DNA from: Acidobacteriota bacterium
Lineage (GTDB): Bacteria > Acidobacteriota > UBA890 > WLXD01
NCBI GenBank assembly: GCA_963666215.2
Contig: CAXWPL010000005.1
Coordinates: 1,312,001 to 1,376,000 of the forward strand
DNA length: 64,000 bases
Direction of reading: 5' to 3'
Both the position numbers and the translations under genes were made by a program. The notes under the pieces were generated by a model. It did not search any database and was not told the origin of the DNA. It saw only the letters and a list, made by a program, of their open reading frames with translations. Of this stretch, positions 31,260 through 38,792 are shown in pieces; position 1 is the first letter of the stretch; every line of letters begins with the position of its first letter.

Positions 31260-31991
31260 CTAGTTCGTCGGACCGGTTTCTAATGCGAATTCAAATGCTA
31301 CCGTCTCAGTTCTGCCGGCGACAACCTTCACGTTCAGCTCCTGCGTGCCGAGCCTCTCGTGCCATGCTTCCAGGGTGTAGTCACCTGGCGGAATGCCCTC
31401 GATCCTAAAGCTGCCTTCCGCATCACTCACGGCGTGGAAGGGGTGCGGGTCAACACGAACGAAGGCCTGCATCCAACCGTGAATGTCGCACTTGACGATG
31501 ATCATCCCGGGCTTGTCCAATACCTCGTAGGCACGGCTGCCTTGAAACGGCAGAGCGATGTTGGATTCGATTGGCCCGTAGAGGTGAGTGGTGTGCAGGA
31601 CGCTATCGCTGTTGAGCGCCTCGAGAGTGCTCCCCACGGTAAGCACCGCGGCGTGAGGGGAGAAGCGGCACTCGACATTATCCATCACGAGCCGCTCTGG
31701 CTCGAGCTCCGGGATCTTGTCAGGGGTGACTCCGCTGATGGAGAGAATGACGTTCTGGATGCCACGAGTCCGAGCGGAGGCCAACAAGTCTTCCAGCGAA
31801 TGCTCGCAACCGCACTCCTCAGGGTCAGTGGTGTTCTCGACCACCGTAGCGGTCGGTACTCCCTCTCCGAGTAGCCGAATGTGTCCAGCGAGAGATCCCA
31901 AAGAAGTCGAGCTCGTTTCTTGAGCTCCGTTGGTGCAAGACACGAGCAAAAGGACTAGTGCTGTACAAAAGGAAACTCGGATCGCGGTCAT
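31260..31991 (-). CDS. Lipoprotein with cupredoxin-like and carboxypeptidase-regulatory-like domains
   Basis: CRFSPH, NSDSVLHTTH, KCDIHGWM, GDYTLEAWHE. Confidence 0.75.
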   Translation of the reverse strand: MTAIRVSFCTALVLLLVSCTNGAQETSSTSLGSLAGHIRLLGEGVPTATVVENTTDPEECGCEHSLEDLLASARTRGIQNVILSISGVTPDKIPELEPERLVMDNVECRFSPHAAVLTVGSTLEALNSDSVLHTTHLYGPIESNIALPFQGSRAYEVLDKPGMIIVKCDIHGWMQAFVRVDPHPFHAVSDAEGSFRIEGIPPGDYTLEAWHERLGTQELNVKVVAGRTETVAFEFALETGPTN

Positions 31992-32120
31992 GACTCGGGC
32001 TCGCTGTCCGAAAATACCATCCAACAACAACGCTACGATTGCGCGAAATCTCGCTGCGAGCGTCGTGCTAGGGGCGATCTACTACCTGCTCACTAAAGGT
32101 CAAGGAATTGTGGGCCGTTG

Positions 32121-32663
32121 ATGAAGACAGCTTGGTATCTATCGCTACTCCTTGCATGTGCCATACCTGGCTGGGCGATCCCACCCTTGGTCTCCGGCGA
32201 TGTCCCTACAGCCGATCGAGGCACATACCTTGGGTTCAAGGGGTCGTCGCAACGTTGCCTTGGTGAGCAGAGTGTACAAGCTCATCGAAGACTTCGGCAG
32301 GGGTTCTCCAGCCGAGGGTCTTGCGGGGTCGGCCGTTGAGGGCGAGCGCGACCCTCGAGGTGAAGCTACCGACCGGCTATTCCGATCGGGGCTGGGGTGC
32401 TGGTGCGGTCAATGTGGATCTGCGTCTCAGGGGAGGATGGGAGTTCGGTCGCGAAGTCTTCTATCTGAACCTTGGGCACACATGGATCGGGGAGGATGAA
32501 GAGCCTAAGAAGAACACCTGGTTCTATGCGGCTGTGTGGGACCATCCTGTAGGGGAAAGGTTGCGGTTGTTGACCGAGCTTTACTGGGAGACCGCCAAGC
32601 TCGGTGCTCCAGACAGGCTGGCGGCATCGGTTGGAGTCAAGTGGCGCTTCCCTCAGCGCCAAC
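32121..32663 (+). pseudogene. Fragmented beta-barrel transporter gene
   Basis: IPPLVSGDVPTADRG N-terminus and EVKLPTG...FYLNLGH...RLLTELY C-part, separated by an IS30 remnant and cut by IS6. Confidence 0.55.
32230..32345 (-). mobile_element. IS30 family right-end remnant
   Basis: Encodes ALNGRPRKTLGWRTPAEVF...VATTP-stop, then gaacccaag end. Confidence 0.7.
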
Positions 32664-33468
32664 GGCATTGTCAAGTTGAGGCGGTCGTGGTCAGACTGGA
32701 CCGATGAAGAGCGACAAACCCAGCTACTGCGGACACCGGTTCCCGCCGGAGCTCATCACTCATGCCGTGTGGCTCTACTACCGATTCTGTCTGAGCTTCC
32801 GAGATGTCGAGGATCTCATGGCGGAGCGCGGGATCACCGTCTCCTACGAGACGATCCGCCAGTGGTGCTGGAAGTTCGGTACCGAGTACGCCAGAAAGCT
32901 GAAGCGGAGAGAAGGGCGATTAGGTGACACTTGGTTCCTGGACGAGCTCTTCGTAACCATTCAGGGCAAGAGGCAGTATCTCTGGCGTGCCATCGATCAG
33001 GACGGAGATGTGATCGACATCCTCGTGCAGCCACGCCGTGATCGAAAAGCAGCGGAACGCTTCTTCCGCAAGCTCTTGAAGGGCCAAGGGGCAGAACCGG
33101 TGCTCCTGGTGACCGACAAGCTGAGGAGTTATGGCGCAGCGCATCGGACCACCATGCCCTCCGTCAGGCACGATACGAGCCAGTACGCGAACAATCGGGC
33201 TGAGGTCTCCCATCAGCCGACCCGGCAGCGAGAGCGACAGATGCGCCGCTTCAAGTCGCCCGGCCAGGCGCAACGATTCCTCTCCGCTCACGGAGTCATC
33301 CAGAACCTTTTCCGCGTCGGGCGGCACCTCGTGAGCGCAGGCGACCACCGTACGCTGAGAGATCGTTCTTTCGGCGTCTGGCGTCGGGTGACGTGTGCCT
33401 GCTGAATCCGAGCTGGCACCTTCGACAGCGCCACATCTCACTTCAAACGAAGACAACTTGACAGTACC
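32664..33468 (+). mobile_element. IS6 family element (CDS 32704-33405)
   Basis: IR ggcattgtcaagtt / aacttgacagtacc; intact 233-aa transposase. Confidence 0.92.
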
Positions 33469-33579
33469 GTTGACATGAGAGAACTCTTAGGCACGGGTAC
33501 CGCTGCTGCCGGTGTCGCTGACGATCGAAGTCGGTAGCTCCTAGAAGGCAAGCCTGCGGAGGCTGAAGAGGAGCTGGGT

Positions 33580-33645
33580 CCGTCGGCAGCCTTCCGCCAC
33601 CCGTAACGGTGATGGAGTCCCCCGAGACGAGGCATTGCCACGGTC
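33580..33645 (-). pseudogene. Integrase-core transposase C-terminal remnant
   Basis: MPRLGGLHHRYGWRKAA, compare 3980-5008. Confidence 0.55.
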
Positions 33646-33678
33646 TTCGCGGTCGGCGACGGCGCCTGTCCCTCTTCA

Positions 33679-33705
33679 TGTCAACGGCGCTTAGGAAACG
33701 CGTTT
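33679..33705 (+). repeat. 27-bp direct repeat, copy 1
   Basis: tgtcaacggcgcttaggaaacgcgttt; 24/27 identical to 34169-34195. Confidence 0.7.
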
Positions 33706-33888
33706 ATGTAGAGCTCGACATAACGCGCGATTTCTCGTCGCCGTTCACAGCGTTGCTGTGGGTCTTTGGGGCACTTTCGTCGCAGCAGCTCTACGGCCAC
33801 TTCGAGATCGCGGGCGCCTCGGTGACCGGCTCTGAGGAAGCACGCCACAATCCATACACTTAAATATGTCGGCGTTCTTGATGCCCAC

Positions 33889-34140
33889 ATGGAAGTCCAT
33901 TGCATCTACTGCGGGCAGGCGATCAGCGGACCTCGAGCTTACCTGCGGCATCTATGCCGGGACTGCAGTCAGAGAGAACGATACGAGCTAGCCTCCCCAG
34001 GTCCAGGCTTCCGAGACGAGTGCCACCTCTTCTGCCGAAAATGTGGCGTGCGCTTAGGCCGGGACGGGGGTGGAAAGGAGCGACAGGCTCCTTCAGCTGT
34101 CTGCTCTGAGTGCCGGAGGCTGTCAGGCCTGCTCGCCTAG
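33889..34140 (+). CDS. 83-aa multi-CxxC Zn-finger protein, paralogue A
   Basis: CIYC, CRDC, CRKC, CSEC; GPRAYLRHLC shared with 35509-35760. Confidence 0.75.
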   Translation: MEVHCIYCGQAISGPRAYLRHLCRDCSQRERYELASPGPGFRDECHLFCRKCGVRLGRDGGGKERQAPSAVCSECRRLSGLLA

Positions 34141-34168
34141 GCCGAGCGCCCCGCACTTTGGAGGCGAC

Positions 34169-34195
34169 TGTCAACGGCGTTTAGGAAGCGCGCTT
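34169..34195 (+). repeat. 27-bp direct repeat, copy 2
   Basis: tgtcaacggcgtttaggaagcgcgctt. Confidence 0.7.
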
Positions 34196-34348
34196 TCTGA
34201 CCGCCGATAACAGGCGACCGGCTCCCCGATGCCCGAGGGCTGTCCCCACACTTACTTCGGCCGGATGGAGCCTCCCGTTCTCGGTCCGGGCCTGGACGAG
34301 GGGGTAGACTGACCCTCCCTCGCTGACACCCTTGAAAGGAGCATTCCT

Positions 34349-34957
34349 ATGCAGCTCTACACGCTGGTGCACATCTGCTGGGGCCTGCGCCGTTGGCAGG
34401 TCGCAGCCGAAGATCCAAGGGCCGCCGTTGACTGCTGGAAGACCGGAATGGAGAGCCTGGTGCCTTCTGATGATCGACCACCGCTACCTATCGACCTGAG
34501 CGCTCTGCAGCGGGATGAGACCGCCGCATACTGCTGGAAACTCGGGTGGCAAGAGAGGCACTTCTCTGCGAGCAGTCTGCCCGGTGGGCGAGCCGACTTT
34601 GGGCAGGAGGCTCTGGTATGGGTGATCCCGACGCTTCCGACGATCGAAGTAGTCAGCAGCACCAGCGCGGCGGTGTACGTTGAGTGGTCAGCTAGCCACT
34701 ATGAGCATCGGGCAGTTGTAGTCAGGTCGGAGATGTCGATCGAGGAGAGAAGAGAGGCCTACGCGATCCACTCTTCCAGCGGGCTAGGGTTGCTTCTGGC
34801 TACGTCACCATCGTTTGTCTGTGGCCTCTGCAATGGTTCGGGGCGACGGTCGAGTCCATCGGCGCCTTGCTTGTGCCAAGGCGGCAGGGTTCTGACGTTA
34901 CATGGCAGGGTCGCCATCATCCCGGGCAGTACACGCAAACCGCCCTCGTGGGCCTAG
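34349..34957 (+). CDS. Hypothetical protein with C-terminal CxxCxGxG motif
   Basis: SD aaaggag before ATG; CGLCNGSG...CLCQGG. Confidence 0.5.
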   Translation: MQLYTLVHICWGLRRWQVAAEDPRAAVDCWKTGMESLVPSDDRPPLPIDLSALQRDETAAYCWKLGWQERHFSASSLPGGRADFGQEALVWVIPTLPTIEVVSSTSAAVYVEWSASHYEHRAVVVRSEMSIEERREAYAIHSSSGLGLLLATSPSFVCGLCNGSGRRSSPSAPCLCQGGRVLTLHGRVAIIPGSTRKPPSWA

Positions 34958-35508
34958 CCGCACCGATCCGCGCATCCGTTCGATATAGTGACCGGATTTC
35001 CGCAAGAATTAAGTACTGGTACTCAAACTTTAAGATCGCCGGCATTCGCCCAAGGGGGTGACCCACCCGGCGATCGCCCGCGCCCCGCGAGGAGTCCACT
35101 TCGCCGGGATGCGGCTCCACGAATCCCCTGCTTGGATGGCCCCCTGAGTCCTCCTCCGCTTCAGTGGAACGTGTCTCGCACCGACTGCAGTCCTGAATAG
35201 CGAGACCTCGCGGAGATCGTTGGTACTCGCCAGCTCAAGGTCCGGGACTGGTAGTTGAACTCAACGCCGAGGAACGATCCGGTCCGCTCGAGAAAGTGGG
35301 GTCGAGCGCTTGGGCGCCTTTGTTCCGCTCGACAACTTCTACGAGTCCATCACTTTCGTCGAGGGATTGTGGTCCTCGAAACCACTGGCGCTTACTCGTC
35401 GCGTCAAGGCTTCGCCGAAGACATAGCCGGTCCCTGCGCCCCCAGAAGGTGGCTGCGTGCCTAGGAAGACAGGAAGAATTAAGTAGTCCGCGGCCCAGGG
35501 TGGTCTTT

Positions 35509-35760
35509 GTGAAAGACCACTGCCCGAGTTGCGGCCTGCCGATCGACGGTCCCCGCGCATACCTTCGGCATCTCTGTAGGTCCTGCAGCCGCAGAGAGCG
35601 CTACCAGCTGACGTCATGCGGCCTTAACCTGCTCGGCGAGCACTATCTCTTCTTCTGGAGGTGTGGGACGAGGCTTTGCGCCAAGGGAGCCGCGACTGCG
35701 TCGCGACCGAGCTCTGCAGTTTGCCCGGAGTGTCGAACGCTCTTCGGCCCGCTAACCTGA
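35509..35760 (+). CDS. 83-aa Zn-finger protein, paralogue B
   Basis: GTG start; CPSC, CRSC, CPEC; same length as 33889-34140. Confidence 0.7.
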   Translation: MKDHCPSCGLPIDGPRAYLRHLCRSCSRRERYQLTSCGLNLLGEHYLFFWRCGTRLCAKGAATASRPSSAVCPECRTLFGPLT

Positions 35761-36050
35761 AGGGCCCCTCGTGGCAATCGGCATGCGGTATCGAAAGATT
35801 CAAATAGTCGACTGATCTCAGCAACTGTAAGAAGGGTGTGCGCCACAGTGCTGCCCGGCATCCACACACCTGGCTGGCGCCGGCCTCCCGCCCTTCCCTT
35901 GAACGATTGAAGTGGCCGATGCCCACCGAATCTGCGGAAACAGTCTAGTGCCCGGACGGGGCATTCGACCCTTTTCGCAGATCGGCGGGGACAACGGCAG
36001 GCAAATCAGGCGAGCACCCATAAGGGGCCAGCGCCCACTCCCAGTGAAGC

Positions 36051-37247
36051 ATGAAACGAGATCCCTATAATCACAAGCGTCGCTACCTGGCTTGGAAGAT
36101 GTCGACAAGAGAGGGCATCCCAGATCTCACAGTGGCGGATTCTCGCCTGGTTCTGAACTTCATCGGAGACATGGAAGTGGGCAGAAACATCGGGCGGGGA
36201 ACGAAGAAAGGGCCGAGAGGCTATGCCCGCCTCAACAACCTTCGGCACCGACTCGTCTTCTTAGCGAAGCAGGCTGAGGCTAGGTACCTACTAGGCGGGA
36301 TGACTGAGGTCAATGATGAGCAAATTCACGACCTGTTCGGGAGCATGCGTAGCGGAGCTCTCCCGCGTCGAGATGGCCGTCCCTACCGATCTACTGGGGA
36401 CTACGTGAAGGTCTTCAAGGCGTTCTGGCACTGGCACATGAAGGTGCAACGAAAGCGGGGTGTAGAGATCCCCGACATCTGCCTGGATCTGGACCCGCGG
36501 ACCGAGAAGCCCCCTTGGGTCTATCTGACGTACGAGCAAGTCCAGTTGCTCAGCCAGCACGCGAAACATCGATATCGCGTACTAATGCTCTTCCTGTTCG
36601 ATTCGGGCATCCGGAGCCCCACCGAGCTAGTGAACGTCCGCGTCAACGATCTTTCACACGACTGTTCGAAACTTCAGATCCGGGAGGAGACGAGTAAGAC
36701 GTTCGGCCGGAGAATCAATCTGCTCCTCTGTAGAGACCTCCTGAGGAGCCATATCAACAGTCACCAATTGTGTGGCGACGACTACGTCTTCCCGATCAAT
36801 CCCACCGTCGTCAACCGTTACTTCAAAGACCTCGCACGACGAGTGCTGGGGGATGGGCGAAGCCCTGGAGGGTCATGTTTTCCCAGGCTCACGCTCTACG
36901 ACTTCCGGCACTCGGCGGCCTGCTATTGGCTGGCTCGCTACAAGTCCGAGTCAGCCTTGAAGTTTCGCTTCGGCTGGAAGCGCGGCAGCATGATCGAGTA
37001 CTACACGCACTTCCTCGGCATGACGGACACAATCACGGAGGACGATCTCCACATCGGTGAAGAGCGAACGGAGATGGAGAAACGCCTGGCCGACGCCGAA
37101 AGCTGCAGGACCCTCCTAGAGGAACGACTGGAGGCCATGGAGGGGCAGATGAAGCGGATGCTCTTGGTTGTCAGGAAGGTCTCGGACGGGGCGGACCTCC
37201 CTCTTTCAGTGGAGGCTGCTTTGCCTCACCGCAGCTCTCCTTCCTGA
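36051..37247 (+). CDS. Tyrosine recombinase/integrase with C-terminal coiled coil
   Basis: DSGIRSPTE (R), SKT (K), YDFRHS, FGW, IEYY (Y). Confidence 0.88.
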   Translation: MKRDPYNHKRRYLAWKMSTREGIPDLTVADSRLVLNFIGDMEVGRNIGRGTKKGPRGYARLNNLRHRLVFLAKQAEARYLLGGMTEVNDEQIHDLFGSMRSGALPRRDGRPYRSTGDYVKVFKAFWHWHMKVQRKRGVEIPDICLDLDPRTEKPPWVYLTYEQVQLLSQHAKHRYRVLMLFLFDSGIRSPTELVNVRVNDLSHDCSKLQIREETSKTFGRRINLLLCRDLLRSHINSHQLCGDDYVFPINPTVVNRYFKDLARRVLGDGRSPGGSCFPRLTLYDFRHSAACYWLARYKSESALKFRFGWKRGSMIEYYTHFLGMTDTITEDDLHIGEERTEMEKRLADAESCRTLLEERLEAMEGQMKRMLLVVRKVSDGADLPLSVEAALPHRSSPS

Positions 37248-37373
37248 GGCGAACGACCTTCTTCTCGAGTAGCGCTAGTTCGCGCAGAATCAGTTCTCCT
37301 AAGTCTCCGCGAGAGGCGCCTGATTGCGTATCTGGGGGCACGTTCGCCGGCGACCGGTTCTGTTGGCGAAGGC

Positions 37374-37559
37374 TCACGGGATCCTCGGTGGCATGGACGG
37401 CGTGTCTTCGAAGTGCCGGACGAGACAGGCCTCCGAACATAGGACAATCGGCTTATCCAGAGGCACAAAGCCCCGGGGGCCGAGAACGCCGTGCTGGCCG
37501 ACGACGACGTCGTCGCCTAGTTCTATCTTTGCTCTGCAATAGGTACATCTGCTTGCCAT
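37374..37559 (-). CDS. 61-aa TRASH-like Zn-binding protein
   Basis: CTYC...CSEAC. Confidence 0.6.
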   Translation of the reverse strand: MASRCTYCRAKIELGDDVVVGQHGVLGPRGFVPLDKPIVLCSEACLVRHFEDTPSMPPRIP

Positions 37560-37818
37560 GGTGCTCGTCAGTTCGCCGTTTCCTAAGTACCTTGAACTGA
37601 GGCCCCGGCTGCAGATGACCGCTGCCTGAAGAACGAGGGCTCGGCTCGGCCCAAGGGCCTGTTACCACTGCGAAGGAGAAACACTTAAGTACTCGCCCCC
37701 ACTCCCGTTGTCTACCGGCGAATCGGTTGAACCCTCAAGAGAGTGACGCGGCTGGAGAGGCCTCATGGGCTTTTTGCAGACGAACGTCCGACATCCAGCC
37801 AGAATCCGCCGGCTGACG

Positions 37819-38383
37819 ATGAAAGCCAACCTTGCTAGCGATAGCTCTCCTCCTACTGAACGCGCTCAATTGGTGGAGGACGCGCTAGGCCAGCTGGCAG
37901 ACCCCCTCACTGTGAAGCAGTTGAGTCGGAGACTGTCGCTGTCGCTCGACGAGAGTGGATCAGCGGTGCGAACGCTACGCCGGCGGGGGTTGGTTCGTTG
38001 CCTCAACCCTGAAGCTCGGCGAAGCCGCGTTTACCGGAGGTGCTCCCTAGAACATCCCGAGCGTGAGACTGCAGTGGCCCAGGATTGGGGGCTCTACGGT
38101 TGGGTCTGTTTCAGTCACCGCGCCGCAGTTCTGAAGGCTCTTGATCAGCCGAGACGGCCCGCCGACATCAAACGTCGAGCGCGCTTCTTGGACCCCGAGT
38201 ATTCGAATGAGCGCCAACAATGTTCGCGATGTCATCCGGCTATTCGTCGAGAAGGGCGTTGTTCGCCCTGTTCGGCAGCGGATGGAAGCTCATCCGCGAT
38301 ACGAGTTGACCGACATAGGCGCCCGACTCCAGCGACTGTTGCACGTTGCCGACGGCAGGAGGGATAGTGGATCGGCCGCCTAG
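37819..38383 (+). CDS. Tandem winged-helix protein (frameshift near 38196)
   Basis: PLTVKQLS...GLVRCLNPEARRSRVY and HRAAVLKAL...SANNVRDVIRLFVEKGVV...YELTDIG after joining two frames. Confidence 0.7.
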
Positions 38384-38792
38384 CCGTGGGCAGGGGCGGT
38401 CATCACCCTTGCGCCGCCTTGAGAGCCAAGCACGGCGTATCGCGTTCGAAGCACTCACTCAGCCGTGTGACGACGAGATCGCACTGGCGCTCGCCGCAGA
38501 GATCGGCTCCGCTCTCGAGAGGCTTGACAAGGAGAGGGCGCTCTTTCTCCACCTCCGGGATTCCATCGTGGCCGACGAGTGCATTGTAGGAAGCGACCTC
38601 GCGTTGATCCGTCAGATGTCTCCCCCCTTTTCCAAGGAAGAGCTGGCTTTGAAGAAGAGCCTACTCAGCCTTGCAAGTGAGCGACGTCGACTCGCACTTC
38701 AGGAAGCCGAGGCCCTGCAGCGGGATGGACTCGAACTCCTCTCGCTAGTTCAACGCTACAACCAGGTGGTTCCTCTTGATGAAGACCGATGA
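38367..38792 (+). CDS. Coiled-coil hypothetical protein
   Basis: SD ggaggg plus GTG; overlaps both neighbours; helical heptads. Confidence 0.55.
   Translation: MDRPPSRGQGRSSPLRRLESQARRIAFEALTQPCDDEIALALAAEIGSALERLDKERALFLHLRDSIVADECIVGSDLALIRQMSPPFSKEELALKKSLLSLASERRRLALQEAEALQRDGLELLSLVQRYNQVVPLDEDR

Noticed and set aside
23018-33468. Bona fide IS6 composite transposon
   Set aside because: The copies are divergent and no flanking target duplication is visible; kept only as IS-bounded
33679-34195. CRISPR array or integron cassette
   Set aside because: Only two repeats 490 bp apart, no cas genes, no attC-like structure, and the integrase does not look like IntI
35080-35110. RNase P RNA (gaggagtccac resembles GAGGAAAGTCC)
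   Set aside because: Imperfect match and the other conserved regions were not found
35038-35110. tRNA gene
   Set aside because: No T-loop or cloverleaf could be built
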